A stretch of DNA of 64,000 bases, taken from the NCBI GenBank assembly GCA_001782805.1, contig MFPT01000003.1, positions 44,072 to 108,071 of the forward strand, written 5' to 3'. Positions 40,349 through 50,894 of the stretch are shown here, piece after piece. The notes beneath the pieces were generated by a model. The model did not search any database. It saw only the letters and a program-made list of their open reading frames with translations, and was not told the DNA's origin. The stretch comes from Candidatus Magasanikbacteria bacterium RIFCSPHIGHO2_01_FULL_41_23 (GTDB lineage Bacteria; Patescibacteriota; Patescibacteriia; Magasanikbacterales; UBA922). A program made the translations under genes and the position numbers. Every line of letters starts with the position of its first letter. The stretch's first letter is position 1.

Positions 40349-40828
40349 ATGCGTTTTGATGGAATTTACGAAAAGACGATTGTCATTGTAAAGCCGGATG
40401 GAGTTCAGCGCGGTTTGGTCGGTGAAGTTCTTAAGCGTTTGGAAATGAAAGGCCTTAAATTAGTGGGCATGAAAATGGCTTATTTGAATGAAGCAAAATT
40501 ACGCGAACATTACGCGCATCATGTAGAAAAACCATTTTACCCCGGCTTGGAAGCATTCATGAAATCCAGTCCGGTGACGATTATGTGTTTGGAAGGCAAA
40601 GACGCAGCGGGCGCAGTTCGGGTGATCGCGGGTGTAACCAATGCTGGCAAAGCTGATGGAGGAACAATTCGCGGTGATTTGGCTATGGGAATGTGCAATG
40701 TTGTCCATTGTTCCGATTCAGCTGAATCCGCTAGAGACGAAATAATGCGTTTTTTTAGTGAAGACGAAATTTTTGATTATAATAAAACTGAATACTTGCA
40801 TGTGTATATGGAAGATGAACGGAAGTAG
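40349..40828 (+). CDS. ndk: Nucleoside-diphosphate kinase
   Basis: KPDGVQRGL, HY, GTIRGD, NVVHCSDS. Confidence 0.96.
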   Translation: MRFDGIYEKTIVIVKPDGVQRGLVGEVLKRLEMKGLKLVGMKMAYLNEAKLREHYAHHVEKPFYPGLEAFMKSSPVTIMCLEGKDAAGAVRVIAGVTNAGKADGGTIRGDLAMGMCNVVHCSDSAESARDEIMRFFSEDEIFDYNKTEYLHVYMEDERK

Positions 40829-40830
40829 TG

Positions 40831-40886
40831 CTTGCATCGAGCGAACGTAGTGAGTCCTTCGACTTCGCTCAGGATAAATCGAAGTG
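40831..40886. repeat. Nested hairpin elements
   Basis: TCCTTCGACTTCGCTCAGGATAAA (40855-40878) inside a reverse-oriented copy. Confidence 0.8.
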
Positions 40887-41296
40887 TGGATAACTGGCTT
40901 GACCCATTTCAAAACCTGCGTTACAGTTATATAAGTATGTTGCAAACAGCAATACACAATTTAATTCTCATCATTAAGCGTTGTCTCTTTATTGTAGACA
41001 TGCCTTTTGCATTTGTATATGTGCGGGGTATCGGGGTGACATGCTTTGATGGTGAAAATTGTGGTTGCAGTGGCAACTGCTAACAACCAGAACAAAAGTA
41101 AATCATCCCGACGTAGTCGGGATGATTTTTTTTGAGAATAGTTCTTTAAAAAATAGGCAACAGAGGAAAACACCAACCCATGTATTGATTAAGAAAAATT
41201 CTTGCTCGATACATCGGTTGGTGATGTGTGGGACCGAGGGGGTTCTGTGCAATGCTGACCATGTTGGGGTTAAATTCCCCTGTACGAGGTTCTTCG

Positions 41297-41503
41297 ATGA
41301 GTAATTCTTCGATTTCTTCGGGGCAAGAGCTCCTGCTTCAACAGCCGACGACTCTCGCTCCGACGAGCATGACCGGTACGATGACTCCGCTGACGGGGGG
41401 GGACGACAAGACTGGCCGACGCTTGCGTCGCAAGCCGTCTCGCGCCGACGTCGTCGCGCGTGAACTGTTCGAGGAGCGGAAGTGGGGAGAGCGCTCTTTC
41501 TAA
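41297..41503 (+). CDS. GC-rich orphan peptide (68 aa)
   Basis: GAGGT SD, C/G-ending codons, hairpin downstream. Confidence 0.5.
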   Translation: MSNSSISSGQELLLQQPTTLAPTSMTGTMTPLTGGDDKTGRRLRRKPSRADVVARELFEERKWGERSF

Positions 41504-41645
41504 GAGTTACTCCTTACGACTGTTCCGGGGTTGGCCACAGTTCCTCTGTTGCCTTCCCTCCATTAAACATTGCTGTGTTTAGCGGAGGGAATTTTCCACT
41601 TAATTTTAATTTGACACAAAAATTAAGTTATTTTATACTCAAAAT

Positions 41646-41784
41646 AGATCCTGCCATACACACAGCAAATCTTATTCTACATATCATTGTCATGGGAAGC
41701 TTATATCGCTCTAGTCCGTGGACTAGGGTTGCGGCCACCCACCTATTTTATAGGGATAATGATTTTGCTGTTCTGGCCGGATCC
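41646..41784 (+). ncRNA. 6S-RNA-like structured RNA
   Basis: TTGACA-17-TATACT promoter (41611-41639); long rod with central bubble; terminator at 41785-41815. Confidence 0.55.
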
Positions 41785-41943
41785 AAAAGATCTCCCGACA
41801 CGTCGGGGATTTTTTGTTTATACTTAGCTGACCTGTGATGAGCTCCTCGACTCCACTCGGAGTAAACCCATTCGAACCAGTCGAAGGATTACTTGAAAAA
41901 TTAATAAATAAAGAGTACGATGCAATCGTATTTAATCTAATGA

Positions 41944-42016
41944 GGGCGCATAGCTCAGTGGTTAGAGCACGTCGCTTATAACGACGGGGTCGATGGTTCA
42001 AGTCCATCTGCGCCTA
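41944..42016 (+). tRNA. tRNA-Ile(TAT)
   Basis: CGTCG-CT-TAT-AA-CGACG; A73; G1:U72. Confidence 0.9.
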
Positions 42017-42038
42017 CTGAAATTTGAGAGTTTTTTAT

Positions 42039-42114
42039 CGGGCTGTAGCGCAGTTGGTAGCGCGTATGCATGGGGTGCATGAGGTCGCAGGTTCGAGTCC
42101 TGTCAGCCCGACCA
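42039..42114 (+). tRNA. tRNA-Pro(GGG)
   Basis: CGGGCTG/CAGCCCG + ACCA; TATGC-AT-GGG-GT-GCATG. Confidence 0.95.
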
Positions 42115-42149
42115 ATTTATAAATTATATTTGCATTATTAATTTTTTTT

Positions 42150-42764
42150 ATGTCCGATTCCGAAACGAAATTCCACCAAGATCCCGGCGTTTCAAGTATT
42201 GATACCGAAGATTCAGAATCCACAGCCATGATTATCGCCCAAAAATGGGCGGCCGGAATTCCGGCTGAAGATCGCGATTTGAAAGAATGGACTCCGGAAC
42301 AAATGGAAGGACTTCTTTATATAAAAAATATTAGTGCGGAAAATAGCGGGAGTCATACTTTTGCCACCACGGATTATTTGGGCAATTTGCCTCATTCTGT
42401 ATTTGAGGCTTTATATGATGAAGCCAAAACCAAAAACGATGTGTCCAGAGTATGTAGAGAAATAGCCGCAGATCCACTGTTCGCAGCCAATCAGATACAT
42501 AAAATCAGAATTCTTGGTGAAAAAGGATTACCTGAATCTGTTGTTCGAGCAGTACAATTAATAATTATTAGTGAAGGCCAAAAACCCGGAGTTCATATTT
42601 TTGGTGAATTGGCCGATAGCATTGATGCGGCAGAAACTAAAGACGATATAATTCCTATTTTAAATGGACCCATCCGTGATGAATTAAAATCTCTCGAAGG
42701 TCGCGCGCGCGACAATGTTCGACGCGAAGCGGTTCATCTTTTGATTGGATTATTGTCGCCATAA
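42150..42764 (+). CDS. Hypothetical protein
   Basis: 204-aa ORF, no recognised motif. Confidence 0.7.
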   Translation: MSDSETKFHQDPGVSSIDTEDSESTAMIIAQKWAAGIPAEDRDLKEWTPEQMEGLLYIKNISAENSGSHTFATTDYLGNLPHSVFEALYDEAKTKNDVSRVCREIAADPLFAANQIHKIRILGEKGLPESVVRAVQLIIISEGQKPGVHIFGELADSIDAAETKDDIIPILNGPIRDELKSLEGRARDNVRREAVHLLIGLLSP

Positions 42765-42798
42765 TTTGTCGATAATCCTGAATAGTAGTATTAATTAT

Positions 42799-45258
42799 CT
42801 ATAAAAATTTTGCTGCTTTTTCTAAGTCTGTGGTTGAAGCTTCATATTTTTTGCCAATTTTATATACTTTAGCAAGAAATTCCGGTAAATTACCTCGAGC
42901 CTCATTCTTTGCTGTATCTAATTCTATTTTTAATTCACCCTTTTGTCCCGGAAATATAGCCTTTTGCGCAATATTAAAAATTGTTTCCGCTAAAGTACTT
43001 TTCAAAAGATCAATATCTTCAATATCATATTGACCTTCAGGTAGAAGATCAAAGAGTAAATCCGTTTTCCTGCTTATGTCATATCGAAGTTGTAAGGATT
43101 CTTTTCTTGATTTTTCTCTTTCTGGTGCTGGTCTAATATTGATTGGTTCTAGTTGTCCACCTGCGCCTAACTCTCTTCTAAACCGAGTACTCCCCGTGGG
43201 TGCTAGTGTTTGCGATCCTGGTTTACCACCATCTCTTAATCCCACTCTGCGAGAAGTAAGTGGTGGTTTTTGTGGTCTTTTTATTTTTTGTGGCACAATA
43301 ATTTTCGGTTCGGGTGTTTGAGGCTGTATATTAACGAATAAATCTTCCGCTCCTCCACCAGTATCTTCTGTTTCTGCTCCATAAGTTGGTACAACAAGTC
43401 TTGGGGCAGGTTTTACTCCTGCGTCTGCCGGTTTTGATTCTTCTTTCTTATTATCCTTATTAGTAACAACGCCAACAACAGTCAATACGCCAGTGACAAT
43501 GGCCAATTTTCTAATATTATTACGAAGTCCACCCCAAAATCCGGCTCTAATCGGTTTATTTTGTTCTTCTTTTGTGAGAGGTTGTCGAGAAGGATTAGCG
43601 TCTAGCTCATTTTCAAGTTCATCATCTGATCTTTTATCAGATCCGGACCACGCATCTAGAATTTCATCACTGTCTTCATCTTTAAAATTCTCGTATAAAT
43701 CAGGTTTATATTTTTTAGCGTCTGTAGGACTGGCATCGTTATATTCTTCATGCTTTTTTCTGAATTTTTCTCTTAGTTTTTCCATTTTCCTTTCCGTGTC
43801 TATGGCGCCTATTTCTTCTTTTTTTCTCATTAATTCTTTCATGAGTATTTTGGCTTCGGATATCATTGCTTCTAGCTCTTGTTCAAGATCCTCTTTTGAA
43901 TTTTTTTGTTCGGGAATTGTAGAAAAATTGTCCATTGCAGGCACTGTGTCATGTTGGGGTTCAAGATCAGGATTTGTTTGAGCTTCAAGATCAGGTTCAG
44001 TAGCTTCTTCATTATCAACTGCAATATCCGTGGAAATTCCACTTGAATTTTCGGTTTTTTTATTTTGAGCTATTCTTTTTTCGACATATTTTTTGAATTG
44101 TTCCAAAATAACTTTGAAGTCGCTAGGTTTAAAGTCATCGGAGGCATTGACTTTGGTGTCTTCGTGATGAGTTTCTAAGGCTCCTCCTTTTTTTCTATTC
44201 CAACCGTTTGCTTCATATTGAGTATAACCAGTGAGTTTTCCTCTTTTGTCGTAACTAAATTCGATTCCGTATTTGAGTCCTCTACTTCCTTTTTCCTCCT
44301 CAAGACTCAAATGAAAAATAAAAGGGTTTGGATTATCTCTGCTAATAGCCGTTGGTCCGGAGGCTCTATCTTCTTTGGTCATTACAAAGGGATTAAAAAG
44401 AGGTAAATCAGGAATATCAAAGTCTACTTGGCTGTCATCTGCTAAAATAATTTGTTTTTTTTCTGTATCAATAGAACTCAAAAGCGGTGCTGGCCACTCA
44501 GGAGTTTTTGGTTCTTGGTCAGGAGCGTTAGATGTCGGAAGAATTACTGCTTCCACTACTTCATGTACTTCATGGGGAAGCGGAGGCGGCGTAGTATTGG
44601 TTACTTCTTCCAGATCGCTATCTTCAAGTTCAATTACATTTTTAGGAGGGATTGTTGTTTCATTAGTTTTCAATCCCATTCCCTTTACTATATTTCTGGT
44701 AATTTTGCGTTGAGCTTGTAATCTTTCGTCTAATTTTCTTTTTGCCTCCAATTTTTTTAATTCTAACAGTGGCTCTTTGGCATCCTCTATAATTTTTGCT
44801 ATATCTTTTTTTGCTTTTGTATATTTATTTTTTACACCGTACCAGTAATCTTCAGTACCAGTTCCGATTGAATCTTTTTTAGTATATTCAATAAGTTCAC
44901 TGATTAAATCAATTGATAATTTTACATCTTCCATGCCGTCTGTTAGTCTATCCAAAGATTTCTGAAGATCCGGTGATTTTACAATATCACTAAACACTGA
45001 AAATTCTTTTTCCAACGAGTCATAGTCCTTCCTTAAACTAGAATATTTTTCTTCCCATTCGCGTAACATTGCTTGATCTTTATTATCTACCGATACTGAT
45101 CCGGTTGGTTCATTCGCTTCGTCTGCAAAAACTGGCAAAGATTCTTCAGTGTCTGTTACCAGATGAAGTCCTGCTGGATGAAGCTCTGGTTTTATTTCAG
45201 GATCTCCTATACTAGGATCTGTTTTAAATATTGGTACTTCATTTGTACGTCTAGCCAT
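42799..45258 (-). CDS. Large acidic/coiled-coil hypothetical protein with one TM segment
   Basis: Long ORF from MARRT; LAIVTGVLTVVGVV. Confidence 0.75.
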   Translation of the reverse strand: MARRTNEVPIFKTDPSIGDPEIKPELHPAGLHLVTDTEESLPVFADEANEPTGSVSVDNKDQAMLREWEEKYSSLRKDYDSLEKEFSVFSDIVKSPDLQKSLDRLTDGMEDVKLSIDLISELIEYTKKDSIGTGTEDYWYGVKNKYTKAKKDIAKIIEDAKEPLLELKKLEAKRKLDERLQAQRKITRNIVKGMGLKTNETTIPPKNVIELEDSDLEEVTNTTPPPLPHEVHEVVEAVILPTSNAPDQEPKTPEWPAPLLSSIDTEKKQIILADDSQVDFDIPDLPLFNPFVMTKEDRASGPTAISRDNPNPFIFHLSLEEEKGSRGLKYGIEFSYDKRGKLTGYTQYEANGWNRKKGGALETHHEDTKVNASDDFKPSDFKVILEQFKKYVEKRIAQNKKTENSSGISTDIAVDNEEATEPDLEAQTNPDLEPQHDTVPAMDNFSTIPEQKNSKEDLEQELEAMISEAKILMKELMRKKEEIGAIDTERKMEKLREKFRKKHEEYNDASPTDAKKYKPDLYENFKDEDSDEILDAWSGSDKRSDDELENELDANPSRQPLTKEEQNKPIRAGFWGGLRNNIRKLAIVTGVLTVVGVVTNKDNKKEESKPADAGVKPAPRLVVPTYGAETEDTGGGAEDLFVNIQPQTPEPKIIVPQKIKRPQKPPLTSRRVGLRDGGKPGSQTLAPTGSTRFRRELGAGGQLEPINIRPAPEREKSRKESLQLRYDISRKTDLLFDLLPEGQYDIEDIDLLKSTLAETIFNIAQKAIFPGQKGELKIELDTAKNEARGNLPEFLAKVYKIGKKYEASTTDLEKAAKFL

Positions 45259-45401
45259 ATAAAATTTTTGATTTAAAAGTATTTTAATTGTACCACTTAT
45301 TAAAAGATAGGGCAAAATTTATTATTTGAATAATAAAAAAATCCTCGATTAAAAGGATTTTTTGTTTCTCATTGATGTGAGACTAAACGGGAAATTTTGG
45401 A

Positions 45402-45566
45402 TTAAGCGGCTTTTTTGGCCAAGGTTTTGAGACAACGAGTGCACAGCCAAACACCGTTTACTTTTTGCAAATTTATTTTTTGGCGGCGAATGGTTTTGAT
45501 GTTGGAATGGCTGCGAGTCGCTGATTTTTGCGAACGCTTAAAGCACAGGTTACAGGTGAGTGACAT
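45402..45566 (-). CDS. rpmB: 50S ribosomal protein L28 (missing from the ORF track)
   Basis: Manual translation MSLTCNLCFKRSQKSATRSHSNIKTIRRQKINLQKVNGVWLCTRCLKTLAKKAA. Confidence 0.92.
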   Translation of the reverse strand: MSLTCNLCFKRSQKSATRSHSNIKTIRRQKINLQKVNGVWLCTRCLKTLAKKAA

Positions 45567-45638
45567 ATATGTAGAGTTGTCAAAAATATAATTTGGGGCT
45601 ATTATATAGGGAGTTTAATTTATTGTCAAGCCGAATGT

Positions 45639-46244
45639 ATGGATTTTTTTTCTTTGGGGCTTTATTTTTTGGTGACCGTGCCATCGGCGATTTTTCATGA
45701 ATATATGCATGGTTGGACTGCGGATCAGCTGGGGGATCCGACGGCGCGTTATGCTGGCCGTTTGACTTTGGATCCACGTTCGCACATTGATCTGTTTGGC
45801 ACGATTTTGTTGCCGATTTTACTGTCCATAAGTTCGGGCGGCAGTTTTTTGTTCGCGTACGCCAAACCAGTACCGTACAATCCATATAATTTAAAAAATC
45901 AACGCTGGGGACCGTTGGCCGTTGGTTTGGCCGGGCCAGTGGCGAATTTTATGTTGGCAGTGGTGTTTGCGTTTATTGCGCGTATGGTTCCGGTCGGGGA
46001 AATGATGCGTCAATTTTTTCACATTATCATTATTACGAATTTGTCGCTCATGGTTTTTAATTTGGTGCCGATTCCGCCGCTCGATGGTTCCAAAATTTTA
46101 TATTTATTTTTGCCCGTTGATTCGCCAATCGCGCAATTTTTGGAACGGTATGGATTTTTTGTTTTGTTGATTTTTGTTTTTTATTTTTCTTCCATAATTT
46201 CACCGATTATTTTTTGGCTGTTTGGTATTTTGATGGGGTTTTAG
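45639..46244 (+). CDS. Site-2 (M50) protease
   Basis: HEYMH, AGP.AN, FNLVPIPPLDG. Confidence 0.93.
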   Translation: MDFFSLGLYFLVTVPSAIFHEYMHGWTADQLGDPTARYAGRLTLDPRSHIDLFGTILLPILLSISSGGSFLFAYAKPVPYNPYNLKNQRWGPLAVGLAGPVANFMLAVVFAFIARMVPVGEMMRQFFHIIIITNLSLMVFNLVPIPPLDGSKILYLFLPVDSPIAQFLERYGFFVLLIFVFYFSSIISPIIFWLFGILMGF

Positions 46245-46283
46245 GTATTGACAATGTTAAAAATTTCAGTATAATAAATGGAT

Positions 46284-46532
46284 ATGGTAGCAAAAACAAT
46301 TAAAAAAGTAGTTAAAGGTTTCCCCGTCTTAATTCATCCTGACGAATCCGGTGGTTTTTGGGTTGAGTGTCCTTCATTTGGTGGTTGTTATTCGGAAGGT
46401 GATACTGTTGAAGATGCAATGAAAAATATTGAGGAAGTAATTGAACTTTGTTTAGAATTACAGGAAGAAGAAAACCGGCCGGAATTTTCGCATTCCAATT
46501 CTAGTTCTAGTTTTAATCCTTTGCCAATTTAA
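46284..46532 (+). CDS. hicB: HicB-family antitoxin
   Basis: GGFWVECP...GC.SEGDT.E.A..N..E; TTGACA-16-TATAAT at 46248-46275 favours the 46284 start. Confidence 0.85.
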   Translation: MVAKTIKKVVKGFPVLIHPDESGGFWVECPSFGGCYSEGDTVEDAMKNIEEVIELCLELQEEENRPEFSHSNSSSSFNPLPI

Positions 46533-46537
46533 TAAAT

Positions 46538-46762
46538 ATGGGTATCTTAGGAGGGGTTTCTGGTGATATTGTCATCAGAAAATTAGAGCGTATCGGATAT
46601 TATATTGTGCGCCAAAAAGGGAGTCATGTTCGGTTATTGCACAATAATTCTTTGAATTTTCCGCCTGTAAGCGTGCCTTTACATAAAGAATTAAGAATCG
46701 GCACGCTTAAACAGATAATCAAAAGAGCAAATTTAACTGTTGAAGAATTTATTAAGTTATAA
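46538..46762 (+). CDS. hicA: HicA-family toxin
   Basis: RQKGSH, VPLHKEL..GTL..I. Confidence 0.9.
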   Translation: MGILGGVSGDIVIRKLERIGYYIVRQKGSHVRLLHNNSLNFPPVSVPLHKELRIGTLKQIIKRANLTVEEFIKL

Positions 46763-46909
46763 AAAAATCCTCCAGAAAAGAGGATTTTTTATTTTCCTTA
46801 ATCTTCATTCAAGATAAAAATTAAGGGGATTGGGCAAGAGAGTCGGCGACGGAGGTCGCGGCAACAGGTTGCCCGAGGGAGGGAGAATGGTGGGGCAGGT
46901 CTGAGACGG

Positions 46910-47335
46910 CTACTTGTTCATGTAGTAGTCTCGACCCTTGTAGGCGGTGAACTCTTTGTAACGGGTTTCGTTCACCGGCGACGCATCGTACAGCCGCTTT
47001 TGCGCTTCGTACGGCTCGTAGTCGTAAGGGTTGAGCCTGGCGTAGTCGGCGCACTCCATCGACTGGACGTTGACGGACACACAGGTCTTCATCCCGTTCT
47101 TGTCGAAGTCGAGCGACAGCTTCCCGGTGAACTCCCGGCCATCGCACTGGGTCTGACCCAGCCCGTAGCGGAGGTCATCGTAGAGCTGTCGCACACCCCG
47201 CTCCTCACTGTAACTGTAGAAGGAGCCGCATTTCTCGTACTGGGCGACGACCCCCTGTGTCGTCTTGGAGTTGTTGATAGTGCCGGCGCAGCTCAGGCCG
47301 GACAAGATGAAGAGCGCGAGAAGCAAACGACTCAT
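46910..47335 (-). CDS. GC-rich orphan lipoprotein (141 aa)
   Basis: AAGGAG SD; MSRLLLALFILSGLSC lipobox-like signal. Confidence 0.75.
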   Translation of the reverse strand: MSRLLLALFILSGLSCAGTINNSKTTQGVVAQYEKCGSFYSYSEERGVRQLYDDLRYGLGQTQCDGREFTGKLSLDFDKNGMKTCVSVNVQSMECADYARLNPYDYEPYEAQKRLYDASPVNETRYKEFTAYKGRDYYMNK

Positions 47336-47610
47336 AAATCTCCTTAATCTGGACATCGAGTCCAGGTTGAGATGACGAGTCTTTGTGACTCGTATCCAAC
47401 CTATTGATTTCAACTAAGATTAAAATTAATAGGTTGGCGACGACTGTTCGGATCAGTCGTCGAGTTGTTGTTATCATCTGGGATAGTGACCCTGTGTCAC
47501 TTTCGCCAGTATGAATCCAAGAACGAGTGACTATAACAGAAAGAGAGAGATTACAATGGAAGTCTTGGGGATAACTAAATATGCTTATTTGAAAATAATT
47601 TGTCAGATAT

Positions 47611-47639
47611 TTGACATATTTTCCCTCTTTCTATATAAT
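47611..47639 (+). promoter_or_regulatory. sigma70 promoter of rpsL
   Basis: TTGACA-17-TATAAT. Confidence 0.8.
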
Positions 47640-47827
47640 CCTCGCATCCTTTAAATAAAGGAAAAAGAACGGAGTAACTCTGTCCCCTCGACAAATCGAC
47701 AAAAGCTCGGGGCAAGCTGGGGCGAAGCAAATCACGCGCTGATTTAGACGTTCGGAAAAACTATATTTTTATAGTCCCGAACCGAGCGCATGCTCGGATT
47801 TTTATTTAAAATTTTCATTTTGTAGCT

Positions 47828-48265
47828 ATGCCAACAATGAACCAAATTTTACGCAAAGGTCGCACGCCGCTCAAGCGTAAATCACAATCACCGGCCATGC
47901 AATTTACCTATGATTCTTTGCATCGTAAACGCACGGAATTAAAGCGGGGTGCTCCATTTAAACGTGGAGTTTGTACCAAGGTTTATACGACCACTCCCAA
48001 AAAACCAAACTCGGCTTTGCGTAAAGTCGCCAAAGTTCGCTTGAGTAATGGCAGTGAAATCATTGCCTATATTCCGGGTGAAGGACACAATTTACAAGAA
48101 CACTCCATTGTGCTTATTCGTGGCGGTAAAGTGAAAGATTTGCCCGGTGTTCGGTACCACATTGTTCGTGGAGTCTACGACACTCAAGGCGTAGCCAATC
48201 GTAAACGCAGTCGTTCGGTTTATGGTGCCAAGCGTCCCAAAGCAGTTAAAGTAGCTAAGAAATAG
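47828..48265 (+). CDS. rpsL: 30S ribosomal protein S12
   Basis: [27 protein letters not shown]. Confidence 0.99.
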   Translation: MPTMNQILRKGRTPLKRKSQSPAMQFTYDSLHRKRTELKRGAPFKRGVCTKVYTTTPKKPNSALRKVAKVRLSNGSEIIAYIPGEGHNLQEHSIVLIRGGKVKDLPGVRYHIVRGVYDTQGVANRKRSRSVYGAKRPKAVKVAKK

Positions 48266-48310
48266 TTCGACACAAGCTCACTACAAGTAAAATCACTATA
48301 AAATAATAAT

Positions 48311-48793
48311 ATGCCTCGTGGAAAATCTGTACCTAAACGCGAAATTTTACCGGATCCAAAATACGGTAATTTGCTGGTGGCCAAATTTACCAATTTTATC
48401 ATGAGTTGCGGTAAAAAAAATACGGCGCAACGAGTGGTCTATGGCGCTTTGGAAATATTGGCGGCCAAAAAACAGGGGAATGCTCTGGAATTATTTGAGC
48501 GTTTACTGGAAACGGTTCGTCCGCAAGTGGAAGTCCGGTCTCGTCGCGTGGGTGGTGCCAATTATCAAGTTCCAATGCCAGTGTCCGGCAGTCGCCAAAA
48601 TGCCATGGCTTTCCGTTGGATTATTACGGCGGCGCGGGCGCGCAAAGGTCATACTATGCAAGAAAAATTGGCTGGAGAATTTATGGATATTTTGGAAGGT
48701 GTTGGCGGCACGATTAAGAAAAAAGAAGATGTGCATCGCATGGCGGAATCAAATAAAGCGTTTGCCCACTTTGCTCGCTTTAATCGTAAATAA
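48311..48793 (+). CDS. rpsG: 30S ribosomal protein S7
   Basis: PDPKYG, RRVGGANYQVP, HRMAESNKAFAH. Confidence 0.99.
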   Translation: MPRGKSVPKREILPDPKYGNLLVAKFTNFIMSCGKKNTAQRVVYGALEILAAKKQGNALELFERLLETVRPQVEVRSRRVGGANYQVPMPVSGSRQNAMAFRWIITAARARKGHTMQEKLAGEFMDILEGVGGTIKKKEDVHRMAESNKAFAHFARFNRK

Positions 48794-48802
48794 TCAGACT
48801 TT

Positions 48803-50878
48803 ATGCCCCGAGATTATTCTTTAGAAAAAACCCGAAATATCGGCATCATGGCGCACATTGATGCCGGCAAAACCACGACAACGGAACGTGTTCTGTTTTA
48901 TACCGGCCGCAAACATAAAATCGGTGAAGTGCACGAAGGCGCGGCCGAAATGGATTGGATGGAACAAGAAAAGGAACGAGGTATTACCATTACGAGCGCG
49001 GCCACCACTTGTTTTTGGAAAGATCATCGCATTAATATTATTGATACGCCGGGCCATGTGGATTTTACGGTTGAAGTGGAGCGTAGTTTGCGCGTGTTGG
49101 ATGGAGCAGTGGCTTTATTTGACGGTTCACAAGGCGTGGAACCGCAATCGGAAACCGTCTGGCGTCAAGCGGACAAATATCGTGTGCCCCGCATTTGTTT
49201 TGTTAATAAAATGGATAAAATCGGCGCGGATTTTTACATGAGTTTAAAATCAATTAAAGATCGTTTGGCCAAAAAAGCTTGTGCTATCCAATTGCCGATT
49301 GGTCAAGAATCAACCTTTTCCGCGATTATTGATTTAATTGAACAAAAAGCCTTTAAATTTGACGGTGATCATGGCATGAATATTACTACTTTTGACATTC
49401 CGGCGGATATGCTGGATTTGGTAAAAGAACATCGCGCTGAACTTTTGGAAAAAGTCGCGGAAGCTAACGATGATTTAATGAATAAATTTTTGAATGGTGA
49501 AGAATTTACGATTGAAGAAATTCGCGGCGCGATTCGTACTTTGGTTTTGCGCGATGAAATGTATCCGGTGATGTGTGGCTCGGCTTTGGGTAACAAAGGT
49601 GTTCAATTAATGTTGGACGCGGTTACATATTATTTGCCTTCGCCATCGGACGTTCCCACAACGTTTGGCACTGATCCGCAGGATGAAGAAAATAAAGTGG
49701 AAATTCATCCGGTGGATGATGAACCATTTGTGGGTTTGGCATTTAAAATCGCCACCGATCCATTTGTGGGAAAATTGATTTTTTTTCGCGTTTATTCCGG
49801 TAAATTATCCGCCGGAACTTATGTGGTCAATACTCGTACCGGTTCCAAAGAACGCATCAGTCGTATTGTGCGGATGCATGCGAACGCGCGCGAAGATGTG
49901 AGCGAAGTTTTTGCCGGTGAAATCGCGGCCGCGATTGGTCTTAAAAATACTATTACGGGCGATACGATTTGCGATGAGAAACGTGAAGTTTTATTGGAAA
50001 ATATTACATTTCCCGAGCCGGTTATTCATATTGCGATTGAACCCAAAACCAAAGGCGATCAAGAAAGAATGGGAATGGCCATGCAAAAATTGGCCGAAGA
50101 AGATCCGACTTTCCGAATTCACACAGACGAAGAAACTTTGCAAACCATTATTTCCGGAATGGGTGAACTGCATTTGGAAATTATTGTGGATCGCATGAAG
50201 CGTGAATTTAATGTGGAGGCCAATGTTGGCGCTCCGCAAGTCGCGTACAAAGAAACCATTCGCCAGAGCGCGGAAGCCGAAGGAAAATATATTAAACAAT
50301 CGGGTGGCCGTGGTCAATATGGTCATTGTTGGTTGCGCATTGAACCACTGGAAGAAGGTAAAGGTTTTGAATTTGTGGATGAAATTAAAGGCGGTCTGAT
50401 TCCGCGCGAATATATTGCCCCGATTGAAAAGGGTGTGAAAGAAGCGGTCAGTAAGGGCGTTGTCGCCGGCTATCCTCTGGTTGATGTTAAAGCCACTGTA
50501 TTTGATGGCAGTTATCACGAAGTTGACTCCAGTGAAATCGCGTTTAAAATGGCGGGAAACATTGCGTTTCAAGAAGCGGCCAAAAAAGCGCGGCCGGTTA
50601 TTTTGGAACCAATGATGGCTGTGGAAGTTATTACTCCGGAAGAATATATGGGTGATGTAATTGGGGACTTGTCTGCCAAACGCGGTCAAATTCAAGAAAT
50701 GACTGATCGAGGTCAATCAAAAATCGTCAAAGCCATGGTTCCACTTTCCAGTATGTTTGGTTATGCCACTGCTTTGCGTTCTATGTCGCAAGGTCGCGCC
50801 AGTTATACCATGGAATTTCATCATTATTCCGAATGTCCCAAAAATATTGAAGCGGAGATTGTGGCGGGTAAAAAATAA
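48803..50878 (+). CDS. fusA: Elongation factor G
   Basis: [31 protein letters not shown]. Confidence 0.99.
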   Translation: MPRDYSLEKTRNIGIMAHIDAGKTTTTERVLFYTGRKHKIGEVHEGAAEMDWMEQEKERGITITSAATTCFWKDHRINIIDTPGHVDFTVEVERSLRVLDGAVALFDGSQGVEPQSETVWRQADKYRVPRICFVNKMDKIGADFYMSLKSIKDRLAKKACAIQLPIGQESTFSAIIDLIEQKAFKFDGDHGMNITTFDIPADMLDLVKEHRAELLEKVAEANDDLMNKFLNGEEFTIEEIRGAIRTLVLRDEMYPVMCGSALGNKGVQLMLDAVTYYLPSPSDVPTTFGTDPQDEENKVEIHPVDDEPFVGLAFKIATDPFVGKLIFFRVYSGKLSAGTYVVNTRTGSKERISRIVRMHANAREDVSEVFAGEIAAAIGLKNTITGDTICDEKREVLLENITFPEPVIHIAIEPKTKGDQERMGMAMQKLAEEDPTFRIHTDEETLQTIISGMGELHLEIIVDRMKREFNVEANVGAPQVAYKETIRQSAEAEGKYIKQSGGRGQYGHCWLRIEPLEEGKGFEFVDEIKGGLIPREYIAPIEKGVKEAVSKGVVAGYPLVDVKATVFDGSYHEVDSSEIAFKMAGNIAFQEAAKKARPVILEPMMAVEVITPEEYMGDVIGDLSAKRGQIQEMTDRGQSKIVKAMVPLSSMFGYATALRSMSQGRASYTMEFHHYSECPKNIEAEIVAGKK

Positions 50879-50894
50879 TTCTAGTTTTGATTTT

